Assembly: GCA_041664945.1 (NCBI GenBank)
Contig: JBAYJY010000003.1
Location: forward strand, 8,415 to 72,414
Reading direction: 5' to 3'
Length of the DNA: 64,000 nt
Source of the DNA: a bacterium
GTDB lineage: Bacteria; UBP15; UBA6099
The first letter of the stretch is position 1; each line of letters opens with the position of its first letter. Position numbers and translations under genes: made by a program. This document shows positions 41,117 to 51,084 of this stretch, piece after piece. The notes under the pieces were generated by a model that was not told the origin of the DNA, searched no databases, and saw only the letters and a list, made by a program, of their open reading frames with translations.

Positions 41117-41404
41117 TTACTGTTTCGTTTCTTCCCTCACTAAATCTTTCAAAGCCTTGCTCGGCCTGAATGACGGCGTCCGCGTCGCCTCGATCTGTAT
41201 CTTTTCCTGCGACTTCGGGTTGATTCCCAACCGCGACGCCCGCTTCTTTACCCGGAACTCCCCGAATCCGCCAACGTTTATATCTTCATCTTTTTTCAAG
41301 CAATCCTTTATGATGCCGAAGATACATTCCACCGCTGTGGCCGCGTCCTTCTTGGAGAGGTTCAACTGGGTAGCAACGATGTCAATCATTTGAACTTTGT
41401 TCAT
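41117..41404 (-). CDS. hup: HU-family nucleoid-associated DNA-binding protein
   Basis: MNKVQMIDIVATQLNLSKKDAATAVECIFGIIKDCL... and the C-terminal arm GFGEFRVKKRASRLGINPKSQEKIQIEA. Size 95 aa. Confidence 0.9.
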   Translation of the reverse strand: MNKVQMIDIVATQLNLSKKDAATAVECIFGIIKDCLKKDEDINVGGFGEFRVKKRASRLGINPKSQEKIQIEATRTPSFRPSKALKDLVREETKQ

Positions 41405-41797
41405 TTGTTACCCCCTGCCATTTTTGTTTTCCATCTCGATTTTCGCCACATTATACCTAAAAACAAATTTAGGAACAAGCATTCTGCAGCAAAAAAATCC
41501 TTTTGTCAAGCCGAAATAAAGTTTTTGGCGAACCGGCCCCTGTCGCGCGGCGCGTCCGCCGCCGCCTTTTCCCTCAATGTCTCGCTCCATTATCGGGCTC
41601 TTTTCCCTATATTTCCCGTTTCATTGTGATGCGACCGGACGTCCGCTATAATTTTTGGGCTCTATCGACCGCCGCCGATCGTTCCGCGCAGTCTCCGTAA
41701 CCGGCGCAATATCGTAACCGAACAATTCTAAAAAATCGGGGCGGGCTTTTCAGCGGTTTGTATTTAAAATAGTTAATAGGAGCGGTTGTATCAATAA

Positions 41798-43609
41798 ATG
41801 AGCGATCAGATAGTCAAACTAATTCGCAACTTTTCGATCATCGCGCACATCGATCACGGCAAGTCCACGCTCGCCGACCGGATTCTCGAAGTCACCGGCA
41901 CAATCGAAGCGCGTGATTACAGACCTCAGTTTCTGGACAAGCTGGACGTTGAGCGGGAGCGCGGCGTGACCGTCAAGCTTCAGGCGGTCCGCATAAACTT
42001 CAACTCAGACGACGGCAACCAGTATGTTTTGAATCTGATAGACACTCCCGGCCACGTGGATTTCTCATACGAAGTCTCGCGCAGCCTCGCTGCCTGTGAG
42101 GGCGTTGTTCTCGTCGTGGACGCCGCGCAGGGCATTGAAGCGCAGACCATGGCTCACTTCTATCTCGCGAAAGAACACGGCCTAGTCATAATACCGATCA
42201 TCAACAAAATCGATCTGCCCACGGCGGACATTGACCGCGTGCGCGAGGAGATCGAATTGATTCTGGACCTTAAAGGCGAAGACATAATCGAAGTCAGCGC
42301 AAAAGAAGGAATCGGCGTCCACGAACTTCTGGAAGCGATCGTGACGCGCATCCCGGCGCCGACCGCCGAACCAGGCCCGACTCGCGCCATGATCTTTGAT
42401 TCGCACTACGACACCTACCGCGGCGCAATCGCATACACGCGAGTTTTCTCTGGTGAGATATCTAAAGGCAGCCGCATCCAGCTCATGGAGACCGGCCGCG
42501 ACTACGACGCCACCGAAGTCGGCGTTTTCAATCCGAACATGCAGCAGGTCGAACGCCTCGGACCCGGCGAGGTCGGTTACGTCATCGCCGCGATCAAGAA
42601 CATTCAGGAGTTGCAGGTCGGAGACACGATCACGCTCAAGGACAACCCGGCCGCGGAACCGCTCCCCGGCTACCGCCGCATCCAGTCCATGGTTTACTGC
42701 GGATTCTTCGCCGCCGAGTCGGAGAACTACGAGGATTTGCGGGACGCGCTCGAAAAGCTGGCGCTCAACGACGCCGCTCTTGTTTACGAACCGGAGTCGT
42801 CGACCGTGCTCGGCTTCGGTTTCCGCTGCGGATTCCTCGGCCTGTTCCACATGGAGATCATTCAGGAACGGCTGGAGCGCGAGTACGGAATCAGCCTCGT
42901 CGCCACCGCGCCTACCGTAGTTTACCGCCTCACTCTCGAATCAGGCAAAGTCCTCGAAATCAAAAATCCGAGCGAGTACCCGGACCGTATCCGCATCCCG
43001 AAGGTTGAGGAGCCGTACATGCGGGCGAAGATTCTCGCGCCCGAGGAATACGTCGGCCCGATCATGGAACTCACCAAAGACAAGCGCGGCGACTTCGTCT
43101 CGCTCGACTACATAAGCGAGAAGCGCGTCCGGATAGTCTATCTGTTGCCGCTCAGCGAAGTCATTTTCGATTTCTTCGATAAATTGAAATCGTGCTCGCG
43201 CGGCTATGCGTCGCTCGACTACGAGTTCGACGATTACCGCGAGTCGAACCTTATCCGGCTGGACATCCTCGTCGGCGAAAAACAGGTGGATTCGCTCAGT
43301 ATGATCGTTCACCGCGACTCGGCTATGTACCGCGGCCGCAAGATCGTCGAGCGGCTGAAAAAGCTTATTCCGCGCCACATGTTCGAGGTTCCGCTGCAGG
43401 CGGCGATCGGCGGAAAGATCATCGCCCGCGAGACTATCGCGGCCGTGCGCAAAAACGTCACCGCGAAATGTTACGGCGGCGACATCACCCGCAAACGCAA
43501 ACTTCTTGAGAAACAAAAAGAAGGCAAAAAGCGGATGAAAAGCATCGGCAGCGTCGAAATCCCCCAGGAAGCGTTCCTCTCCGTTTTACAGGTCGAAAAA
43601 GAGAAGTAA
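41798..43609 (+). CDS. lepA: Elongation factor 4 (LepA)
   Basis: GTPase G1 motif ([13 protein letters not shown]), [13 protein letters not shown], and the LepA-specific C-terminal domain. Size 603 aa. Confidence 0.95.
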   Translation: MSDQIVKLIRNFSIIAHIDHGKSTLADRILEVTGTIEARDYRPQFLDKLDVERERGVTVKLQAVRINFNSDDGNQYVLNLIDTPGHVDFSYEVSRSLAACEGVVLVVDAAQGIEAQTMAHFYLAKEHGLVIIPIINKIDLPTADIDRVREEIELILDLKGEDIIEVSAKEGIGVHELLEAIVTRIPAPTAEPGPTRAMIFDSHYDTYRGAIAYTRVFSGEISKGSRIQLMETGRDYDATEVGVFNPNMQQVERLGPGEVGYVIAAIKNIQELQVGDTITLKDNPAAEPLPGYRRIQSMVYCGFFAAESENYEDLRDALEKLALNDAALVYEPESSTVLGFGFRCGFLGLFHMEIIQERLEREYGISLVATAPTVVYRLTLESGKVLEIKNPSEYPDRIRIPKVEEPYMRAKILAPEEYVGPIMELTKDKRGDFVSLDYISEKRVRIVYLLPLSEVIFDFFDKLKSCSRGYASLDYEFDDYRESNLIRLDILVGEKQVDSLSMIVHRDSAMYRGRKIVERLKKLIPRHMFEVPLQAAIGGKIIARETIAAVRKNVTAKCYGGDITRKRKLLEKQKEGKKRMKSIGSVEIPQEAFLSVLQVEKEK

Positions 43610-43685
43610 TTCCTCTTAGGCTAACGCAAAACACGCGCTGATGGGCGCATGCTTATTGCGTTGTTATCGTTGGCGAAATATTTAA

Positions 43686-44165
43686 TTACTTCTTGGCGCG
43701 GGCGCCGGAAGCCAGACTCTTTTTCTTTGTCGCCGTTTTCTTTTTCGCGGCTTTTTTAACAACCGTCTTCCTGGCGGCGGTTTTCTTCTTAGCCGTTTTC
43801 TTGGCGACAGTTCCCCATCGCTTGGCTACGAACTTTTCGACTTCTTCCGGCTCGGAAAATCTGATCTTCGCGTAGCCGCCGTCGTGCTTTCGCTCGCAGT
43901 CGTTCGGATCGTAGGCGCGGCAAATATCCGGCCTGTTCTCATAAATCGCGCAGAGATTTTTCTTGAGATGTTTGCAGGGCGTCATGAATTCGAGCAGCCA
44001 GTCGTCTTCCTGATCCTTGGAGACGAACACATTCTCATGGGAAACGAACCAGCGTATGTTTTCGAATTCAAACTTCGAGCGCGGCGTATCTATTACGAGC
44101 GCGACATACCTGCAGCATTTCGCTTCGCATTCGTGCGGGGTACATTCAAGTTTCTTCCTTGCCAT
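43686..44165 (-). CDS. YkgJ/UPF0153-type Cys-cluster (Fe/Zn-chelating) protein with C-terminal lysine/alanine-rich histone-H1-like tail
   Basis: N-terminal CxxxC..CC..C...C pattern (CTPHECEAKCCRY...C...C). The last ~45 aa are KKTAKKKTAARKTVVKKAAKKKTATKKK. Confidence 0.55.
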   Translation of the reverse strand: MARKKLECTPHECEAKCCRYVALVIDTPRSKFEFENIRWFVSHENVFVSKDQEDDWLLEFMTPCKHLKKNLCAIYENRPDICRAYDPNDCERKHDGGYAKIRFSEPEEVEKFVAKRWGTVAKKTAKKKTAARKTVVKKAAKKKTATKKKSLASGARAKK

Positions 44166-44290
44166 CTAATACACCTTCATTCATTTTTCAGACAGACTAT
44201 TATAGTACGGTTCGCGCGGGAATCAAGAAACAAACCGGATTCGGCCTGAATACGGGATGAGAATATCAAGAAATATTTCAGCTTTTCTCT

Positions 44291-44788
44291 TTACGCCTTC
44301 GAGCCTTGGATTAGCACGTTTTTGTCGAGCGGCAGATAAAGGGTCGCGGCCTTCTTTAGATCTTCGGCGGTGTTGTTCGGGAACGAAATCACCTCGGCAA
44401 TAACGCCGCGCGCCTTGATCATGTGCACCAAGTCGCAGAAATCGCCGTCTCCGGAGACGAGCACGATCACGTCGAGCCGGTCCGCCATCGCGACCGAGTC
44501 GATAGCGATCCCCATGTCCCAGTCGCCTTTCGCCGTTCCGTCCGGACGCACCCGCAGGTCCTTCGACTTAATTTCGTAGCCGATCCCGGTAAGGATGCTC
44601 AGAAAATTCTTCTGGTCGATTTCGGGCGTCTGCACAACATATGCGATCGCGCGGATCAGTTGCCGTTCGTTCAAACATATATTTAAAAGTTTCGCGAAAT
44701 CAACTTTTGCGTGATGCTGATATTTTGCCGAATAAAAAACATTCTGCACATCGACGAATACTCCGACGCGCTGAGCTTTGAGAACCAT
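44291..44788 (-). CDS. NYN-domain (LabA-like, PIN-related) putative RNase
   Basis: VGVFVDVQNVFY at the N-terminus, ...IVLVSGDGDF..., ~165 aa. Characteristic NYN/DUF88 layout. Confidence 0.7.
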   Translation of the reverse strand: MVLKAQRVGVFVDVQNVFYSAKYQHHAKVDFAKLLNICLNERQLIRAIAYVVQTPEIDQKNFLSILTGIGYEIKSKDLRVRPDGTAKGDWDMGIAIDSVAMADRLDVIVLVSGDGDFCDLVHMIKARGVIAEVISFPNNTAEDLKKAATLYLPLDKNVLIQGSKA

Positions 44789-44896
44789 TTTGTTGTTGCC
44801 TCCGTATTTTTTTCATCGAATTTGTTTGTTCAAATTTTCCGTGTTTCACGTACGATTAAAAACTAAGCTTTTCATTAAGTAAGCGGCTGCTATTTG

Positions 44897-45505
44897 CTAA
44901 TCGCCGGATTTAATTTCCTGCCTTGCCTGATAAGCGTGTGAAATTGTGTCGCTGTCGAGATAATCCAGATCGGCGCCGCGCGGCAGACCGCGGGCCGGCC
45001 GCGTGATCCGCACTCCGTACGTTTTCAAATTCTCCATTATGTACGACGCCGTGGTCTCGCCCTCGAGCGACGGATTGGTCGCTATCAATAATTCCTTTAT
45101 TCCTCCTTTCTGAACTCGATTGAACAACTCCTGAAGCCGGATTCTGTCCGGGCCGAGCCCTTTTGTCGGGTGGATAGTTCCGCCGAGAACGTGATAGACT
45201 CCCGGGTGGCTCTTCGCGCGCTCGAATGCGATAACGTCCTCTGAAGCTTCGACAACACAGATGAACGACGAATCCCGATCCGTGTTCGCGCAAATCACGC
45301 ACGGATCCTGTTCTGTGTGATTGAAGCAAACCGAGCACGGATGGATGTCTTTCTTCACGCGGACAATCGAGCGGGCGATGTCGCGCGCGCGCTCGTAATC
45401 CATTCGGATGATGGACTCCGCCATCCGCTGGGCGGAGCGAGGCCCGACGCCCGGCAGATGCTGCAGGGCGGTTATCAGTTGGTCTAAGGATTGGGGTCTG
45501 CTCAT
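44897..45505 (-). CDS. recR: Recombination protein RecR
   Basis: HhH motif (LPGVGPRSAQRMA), C4 zinc finger (CSVCFNHTEQDPCVIC) and Toprim region. Start at ATG 45505. The listed 261-aa ORF has an implausible Arg/Cys-rich N-terminal extension. Confidence 0.9.
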   Translation of the reverse strand: MSRPQSLDQLITALQHLPGVGPRSAQRMAESIIRMDYERARDIARSIVRVKKDIHPCSVCFNHTEQDPCVICANTDRDSSFICVVEASEDVIAFERAKSHPGVYHVLGGTIHPTKGLGPDRIRLQELFNRVQKGGIKELLIATNPSLEGETTASYIMENLKTYGVRITRPARGLPRGADLDYLDSDTISHAYQARQEIKSGD

Positions 45506-45533
45506 GGTCGCCGGTCTTCTCCGGCAGTTCTCG

Positions 45534-45860
45534 TCAAAACGGCATCTGCAGGCCGGGAATCTGCGGCAGTCCTTTTGTGATCTCTCCCATTCGCTCCGCG
45601 GAAAACAATTCCGCCTTGCCCATCGCATCACGCACCGCGAACAGCACGAGGTCCTCCAGCATCTCCGCATCAGCCGGATCAATCACTGCCGGATCGATCT
45701 TAATCTCAATCACGTTGTGCTTCCCGTTTACCTTGCACGTCACTTTTCCGCTGGGATCGCTGCCGGAAATTTCGGCTTCCTCAAGCTCCTTCTGAACGCG
45801 CGCCATGTCGTCCTGCATCTTCTTCAACAAGCTTCCCATCTGATTCATATTAAAAGACAT
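45534..45860 (-). CDS. ybaB: Nucleoid-associated protein YbaB/EbfC
   Basis: 108 aa, MSFNMNQMGSLLKKMQDDMARVQKELEEAEISG... Conserved dnaX-ybaB-recR order. Confidence 0.9.
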   Translation of the reverse strand: MSFNMNQMGSLLKKMQDDMARVQKELEEAEISGSDPSGKVTCKVNGKHNVIEIKIDPAVIDPADAEMLEDLVLFAVRDAMGKAELFSAERMGEITKGLPQIPGLQMPF

Positions 45861-45877
45861 CTTTAATTAAGCCCCTT

Positions 45878-47713
45878 TCATTTGATCTCGCGGCTGCCCG
45901 GAAATTCCTGCGTCAGCACGTCGAACAGCGACAAATTCTGCGCCGGCCGCTCCGTCTGTTCCGGTGCCTGAGCTGCGGCACGGGCGGCAGGCGATTCCAT
46001 AGCGGCCGCTGGCTGCGCCGTCGCTTCGCCGCCAGCCCTGATCTTTATCCTTATGTCCTGCCCTAACGCTTTTTTCAGCGAGTCCTCGAGCAGCCCGACA
46101 TATTTGCCTTCCGTCATTTTTTCCATGTGGAATCTGTGACCTTCATCGAACTCAACCATCAGAAGCCCGTTGTCAAAGTGAGCCGGCACGCCCGGCGCGG
46201 CAAGAAAATAAACGGGCAGATTTTCGCTCTTAATATCATTCAGAACCGCAGGCCACGCATCGCGAACAGACTGCAGCGACGCGTCTTCAACCGGCGCAAG
46301 ATTCGGCGAATCGTATTCGGGCCTTTCCTTTGCCGCGAAACTCGGAGGCGCGGCGGGCGCAGGCTTTATCGCCGGCGGTTCATAATGCGCCGGTTCCGGA
46401 GATTCCTCAACCGGCTCATCGTACAGCTCCATCGGAACGTCATCGTCCGGCGGCTCCTCTTCCGTTGCTACGGGCGGAACGGGTCCGACAGGCGGCGCTG
46501 GCTTCGGGCGTTCCGCGTGTTGCGGTTCGCCAACCTGCGCGGGCGGTTGCGACTCGGCCTTTCGCGGCGCGGCGCGCTCCGGAGAAACGAATGCGGCCGG
46601 CGTTTCTTCCGACGCCAACATCGGGCCGGCTATCTTATCCACCAGATGTATCAGCAGAACTTCGAGAACTATCCGCGGATAGGTTTCCCAACGGATGCGG
46701 TCCTCTACGCGTGAAATCTCATCCAGCATCGCGACGAGCGCCTCGCGTTTAATCGAGCCGGCCTGCCGCTTAAGCGGCGCCAGCTCGGCATCTGCGTATA
46801 TTTCCGACGCCGGGCGGATTCCCTGCTTTACGAGATAGAGGTCCCGGAAATATTCCATAAGGAAGCGCACGAACAGATTGAAGCTCTTGCCGGCGCTGAA
46901 GAATTCGTTGAACAGTTCGAACGAGAGTTCGATATCGCCCGAGAAAACCGCGTCCATCAGCTTAGCGATCTCATGCCGCTCGGGCAGTCCGAACACTTGA
47001 TTCACGTCGGCATCCGTGATGTTGCCCTGACTGAAAGAAACGAGTTGGTCGAGAATGCTGATCGCGTCGCGCAATGAGCCGTCGGCGGTTTTAACGACAG
47101 TCGCAAGCGCTGCGTCTTCAATGGTGAAATTTTCTTTTTGAGAGATCGAGCGTATGTGGTTTCCGATTTCGAGATCGGAGAGCCGGCGAAAGTCAAACCG
47201 CTGGCAGCGCGACAGAATGGTGGGCAGCATCTTCTGCGGCTCGGTTGTCGCTAAAACGAAAATAACATGCTTCGGCGGTTCTTCGAGGGTCTTGAGAAGC
47301 GCGTTCGAGGCTTCGCGCGTTAGCATGTGGACTTCGTCGATGATGTAAACCTTATAGCGGGCCTGCACCGGAGGAACGCGCACCTTTTCGCGCAGGTCGC
47401 GGATATCGTCGATCCCGCGGTTGGACGCGGCGTCGATCTCGATGACGTCGAACAGAGAGTCCTTGGCGATCGCATTGCAGTTGTCGCAAGCGTTGCAGGG
47501 CTCCGGGGCCGGCCCCTTGTCGCAATTAAGCGCTTTCGCGAGAATGCGCGCTGTGCTCGTCTTGCCGGTTCCGCGCGGGCCGCTGAACAGATAGGCATGC
47601 GTGATCCGGTTGCGCTCGATCGCATGCTGGAGAGTCGTCGTGATATGTGACTGGCCGACAATCTCGCTGAAAGTTGACGATCTGTATTTTCTATAAAGAG
47701 ATATATAGGCCAT
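45878..47713 (-). CDS. dnaX: DNA polymerase III subunit gamma/tau
   Basis: AAA+ Walker A GPRGTGKTS, a zinc module (CNACDNC), and a Pro/Ala-rich tau linker. Size 611 aa. Confidence 0.9.
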   Translation of the reverse strand: MAYISLYRKYRSSTFSEIVGQSHITTTLQHAIERNRITHAYLFSGPRGTGKTSTARILAKALNCDKGPAPEPCNACDNCNAIAKDSLFDVIEIDAASNRGIDDIRDLREKVRVPPVQARYKVYIIDEVHMLTREASNALLKTLEEPPKHVIFVLATTEPQKMLPTILSRCQRFDFRRLSDLEIGNHIRSISQKENFTIEDAALATVVKTADGSLRDAISILDQLVSFSQGNITDADVNQVFGLPERHEIAKLMDAVFSGDIELSFELFNEFFSAGKSFNLFVRFLMEYFRDLYLVKQGIRPASEIYADAELAPLKRQAGSIKREALVAMLDEISRVEDRIRWETYPRIVLEVLLIHLVDKIAGPMLASEETPAAFVSPERAAPRKAESQPPAQVGEPQHAERPKPAPPVGPVPPVATEEEPPDDDVPMELYDEPVEESPEPAHYEPPAIKPAPAAPPSFAAKERPEYDSPNLAPVEDASLQSVRDAWPAVLNDIKSENLPVYFLAAPGVPAHFDNGLLMVEFDEGHRFHMEKMTEGKYVGLLEDSLKKALGQDIRIKIRAGGEATAQPAAAMESPAARAAAQAPEQTERPAQNLSLFDVLTQEFPGSREIK

Positions 47714-47767
47714 CGTGAATTTAAACTTTCCGCGGCGGAGCAGGCCCGCTCCGCGGAGAGGAGAAAT

Positions 47768-48039
47768 GGACCGTGCACCGGAGTCCGACCGCTTTCCACC
47801 TGCGCTAACCTCTGCAGTTAGCTCAGATCAGGCTTGTCCGCGGCACAAGAACGTATCTGCTTACCGCTGCTACCTTCCGGTCCTGACGGGGTTCACAGGC
47901 GTTCTTTGCGCGGGGTCCGATCCTCAACACCACTTACAAAGGGCAGACCAACCAGAAAATGGCCTCGCTCCGGAATTCAGCCCCGCTATAGCGGATTGCG
48001 GGCTACAAGGTACCGCTAACACCCCGCCTAGCACGGCCC
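47768..48039 (-). ncRNA. ffs: Signal recognition particle RNA, long (Bacillus/scRNA-type, Alu-domain-containing) form
   Basis: The minus-strand sequence contains the universally conserved domain IV GUCAGGACCGGAAGGUAGCAGC. Its 5' end GGGCCGUGCUAGGCGGGGUG..., Alu-domain segment AAGUGGUGUUGAGG..CCCCGCGCAA, and GAGCUAACUGC...GGUGCACGGUCC 3' end line up block-for-block with B. subtilis scRNA. It sits directly upstream of dnaX, as in Bacillus. Confidence 0.8.
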
Positions 48040-48200
48040 ATTCCTCATCTCCGCGGCGCCGCCGCGCTCCTGTTTCTCCGCGCGGCCCGCTCCGCTCACT
48101 CACACCGCCAAATTACTCTTTTTCAATTTGACGGGCTCACTATTATATTATACCATCTTAAGACTTTCAACCGGAGAGAAATTAACTTATTATATCCTCT

Positions 48201-49124
48201 ATGAAAATCGCAGTCATGGACATCGGCACAAACAACACGAGGATGGCCGTTTTCGATATTCACGCCGCCGGAAAGCCTTCAATTTCAGTCGAACGCGACA
48301 CCATCACGCGGCTCGGCGAAAATCTCCGGAAAACCGGCGTCCTTTCCGACGCCGCCATGGCGCGCACCCTCGCCGCGCTCACTGCTTATAAAAATGAATG
48401 CGACTCCGTGGGCGTCGATAAGTTCGCCGTCGCCGGAACGGCTGCAATGCGCGCCGCTTCAAATTCCGGCTCATTCATTAATAAGGTAAATGATATCGGC
48501 CTGCCGCTCGAAATCATTCCCGGCGAACTCGAAGCCGGGCTTTCGTTCCGTGGAGTCATTTTCGGTATGGACGCGCCGCCCGAGCGCCTGCTCGTCATCG
48601 ACGTCGGCGGCGGCAGCACAGAGTTCGCTTACGGCGAGTGCGGCCGCCTGACATGGGCGGAAAGCCTGCCGGTCGGCGCCGTCGTGGCGACCGAGAAATA
48701 TTTTCGGAACGATCCGCCGGCGCCGGACGAGATCGCGGCTCTGAACGATTACATCGACTCCTTGATCAAGGAGCGCATTCTGCCGCATGGGCCCGCCGGG
48801 TTCGCGCTCGCCGGCGTCGCCGGAACCGTCTCCACTCTCGCCATGATTGACCTCGACCTGCAATATTTCGATCCGAAAAAAGTTCACGGCCATATACTCA
48901 CGCCAGAAAAGCTTGCTACGATAACAAAGCGGCTGCTCGAAATGAACGGCGCGGAACGGGCGGCGATTCCGGGCATGGAGCCGCAACGAGCAGACATCAT
49001 CCACGCTGGCGCGGCGATATTGAACCGCGCCGCGGCCGCGCTCGGCAGCGGTCCGATGCTCACCTCCCTCTGCGATCTCCGCCATGGCCTTCTCGAACGC
49101 GCGCTCGGCGAGTCGCAGCCTTGA
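48201..49124 (+). CDS. Ppx/GppA-family phosphatase (exopolyphosphatase / pppGpp phosphohydrolase)
   Basis: N-terminus MKIAVMDIGTNNTRMAVFD, the actin-like ATPase fold motifs (VIDVGGGSTEF), 307 aa. Confidence 0.8.
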   Translation: MKIAVMDIGTNNTRMAVFDIHAAGKPSISVERDTITRLGENLRKTGVLSDAAMARTLAALTAYKNECDSVGVDKFAVAGTAAMRAASNSGSFINKVNDIGLPLEIIPGELEAGLSFRGVIFGMDAPPERLLVIDVGGGSTEFAYGECGRLTWAESLPVGAVVATEKYFRNDPPAPDEIAALNDYIDSLIKERILPHGPAGFALAGVAGTVSTLAMIDLDLQYFDPKKVHGHILTPEKLATITKRLLEMNGAERAAIPGMEPQRADIIHAGAAILNRAAAALGSGPMLTSLCDLRHGLLERALGESQP

Positions 49125-49233
49125 AGCTTTCGTTTCTTTTTCGACGCTATTTTTTTATCAGTAGAAATTAATTAGAATAAATCCGAATCTGCCATTAAGA
49201 TTCGGACGCAATTAGCCAGAGTGGAAAAACAAC

Positions 49234-49713
49234 TTGAAGGGAATCGAACGAATGACAGACGAGCGCCCATCCTGGAACGAATATTTCATGAAGATCACAC
49301 ACGACGTCGCCGAGCGCTCGACATGCATCCGCCGGCGGGTCGGCGCAATCATCGTAATCAATAAAAGGATCCTCGCGACAGGCTACAACGGAGTCCCTTC
49401 CGGCATCGCCCATTGCGCCGAGCGCGGCTGCCTGCGCAACGAGCTCGGCATCCCTTCCGGCGAGCGGCAGGAAATCTGCCGCGGCCTCCACGCCGAACAA
49501 AACGCCATCATTCAAGCGTCACAGTACGGATTTTCCATTTCTCATTCAGTGATCTATTCCACTACTCAACCATGCATCACCTGCGCAAAAATGATCATCA
49601 ACGCCGGTATCAGCCGCGTGGTTTACGAGGGCGACTACCCGGACAAGCTTTCGCTGGAGATGCTGGACGAGGCGGGAATCACACTGGAACGTTTCATACG
49701 GAGCGCTGATTAA
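49234..49713 (+). CDS. comEB: dCMP deaminase (ComEB-type cytidine/deoxycytidylate deaminase)
   Basis: Zinc motifs HAEQNAI and PCITCAKMI. Size ~155 aa, typical of ComEB/dCMP deaminase. Confidence 0.8.
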   Translation: MKGIERMTDERPSWNEYFMKITHDVAERSTCIRRRVGAIIVINKRILATGYNGVPSGIAHCAERGCLRNELGIPSGERQEICRGLHAEQNAIIQASQYGFSISHSVIYSTTQPCITCAKMIINAGISRVVYEGDYPDKLSLEMLDEAGITLERFIRSAD

Positions 49714-50120
49714 TGAAATTGCCGGCCGCTCTTCGGCGAGCGTCGGTTATCGCCTACTGCGCCATCATTTTCTATCTTTCTTCCAGAAGCAAATTTCCTG
49801 AGGTCGAGACCTGGTATCCGGGTTTTATGCCGGACCCGGCTCCGATCGCTCATTTCTTCCTTTACGCCGTTTTATGCCTGATCGCATGGAATGATTTCCG
49901 CTCCGAGCCGGCGGCATGGCTGAACCGGCGCGCGCCCCTTTTCGCGGTCATTTTCTGCGCTCTCTACGGCCTGTCAGACGAGTATCATCAGTCATTCGTG
50001 CCGAACAGACATTGCACGCTTGTCGACTTCATGATAGATGTCGCCGGAGCCGCGGCAGCCATGTTTTTTATATCCCTGATTCGAAAAAGGAAAAGCGGCG
50101 GCAAAATTGCGAAAGAGTAA
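49713..50120 (+). CDS. VanZ-family membrane protein
   Basis: Four TM helices with the VanZ-like ...SDEYHQSFVPNRHCTLVDFMIDVAG... motif. Start overlaps the comEB stop. Confidence 0.65.
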   Translation: MKLPAALRRASVIAYCAIIFYLSSRSKFPEVETWYPGFMPDPAPIAHFFLYAVLCLIAWNDFRSEPAAWLNRRAPLFAVIFCALYGLSDEYHQSFVPNRHCTLVDFMIDVAGAAAAMFFISLIRKRKSGGKIAKE

Positions 50121-50208
50121 TTGCCTCATAATAATTCCCAATATTTCCCGCGCCTCTTTGTCTCATTGATTAAACCATAAATCTTTTCCAAACTGCCGGA
50201 CGCCAATA

Positions 50209-51084
50209 TCATTTCTCATAAATCCAAGTATCAATTGAATATGGCCGTAATCTTTCAGGCATCAGCCCCGGTTGCAGGCCGGCCGTCGGGACGACAATAA
50301 TTTCCTCGGCTGTGACTTTGAACGCGTATGTTTCCGAAAGTTCCTTATTGACGAAATATTTCAATTCGTAGAATCCGTCATTTTTTAGAACATCGTCCGC
50401 CCGCAGCCATTTTGTCAAATGATTTTCATCCTCGGAAAACAACATCATGGATATGCTTGTCGCGGAACACGAATCGTAAAACAAGCCCTCATTGTGCGCC
50501 CTTGCGAGGAACACGCCATCTTTATACAACTGCGCCTGAGCGTCATATCCGCTGTCGTTGCATTCGCCGTTTCCGCCCAACATTATCACCGCGCGTATGC
50601 CCGGCTCCGAAGAAAACTGCATCAGCGCCATTTTCTTCCAGTCGCCGTTTATGAACACTCCTTTCATTCCGTTTTTCACAAGCGTTTTCGCGGTGTATCC
50701 AAGCGAATATACTTCTTTGCCGTTAAATAAGAATTTCAGCGTGTAAGCCCCGTCTCTCATTTCGAGCGGTTTCGGAATCACTTTTTCGATCGATGTGTCA
50801 ATATAACAGGCGGGCCCGTTATCAGAGTATTCTATCTTAATGCATGGATAGGCCTGCTCAAAAACTTTTTCGCCTTTCCCGTTTTCGATGGCAGCGACTA
50901 TCTTGCCACCTTCGACTCCATAGAATGTGCCGTTGAAATCACCGAGAAATTTCGCGTTTTCATAATTATAAGCAAGCGTGCTGATTATCACCTGCAGGTC
51001 AACCGACGCTTGGCTCTTCGCGATATTCGCCGTCGCAAACATCGCGACTAAAACCATCGCCATTCCCAAAAGAATCTTTTTCAT
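50209..51084 (-). CDS. Secreted hypothetical protein encoded in an AT-rich islet
   Basis: Signal peptide MKKILLGMAMVLVAMFATANIA. The gene is conspicuously lower in GC than its neighbours, as is the flanking non-coding DNA. I recognise no family. Confidence 0.4.
   Translation of the reverse strand: MKKILLGMAMVLVAMFATANIAKSQASVDLQVIISTLAYNYENAKFLGDFNGTFYGVEGGKIVAAIENGKGEKVFEQAYPCIKIEYSDNGPACYIDTSIEKVIPKPLEMRDGAYTLKFLFNGKEVYSLGYTAKTLVKNGMKGVFINGDWKKMALMQFSSEPGIRAVIMLGGNGECNDSGYDAQAQLYKDGVFLARAHNEGLFYDSCSATSISMMLFSEDENHLTKWLRADDVLKNDGFYELKYFVNKELSETYAFKVTAEEIIVVPTAGLQPGLMPERLRPYSIDTWIYEK

Noticed and set aside
44897-45682. 261-aa RecR ORF with Cys/Arg-rich N-terminal extension
   Set aside because: The extension (MIRLMRRCWRTSCCSRC...) overlaps the ybaB coding region in another frame and looks non-genic. 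RecR proper starts at the internal Met with the conserved HhH motif immediately following.
47715-48130. Possibility that the structured region upstream of dnaX is RNase P RNA, tmRNA or 6S RNA
   Set aside because: No RNase P P4 helix (AGGAAAGUCCGGGCUCC) and no tmRNA tRNA-like ends are present. The sequence instead matches SRP RNA domain IV and the Bacillus scRNA Alu-domain blocks along its whole length.
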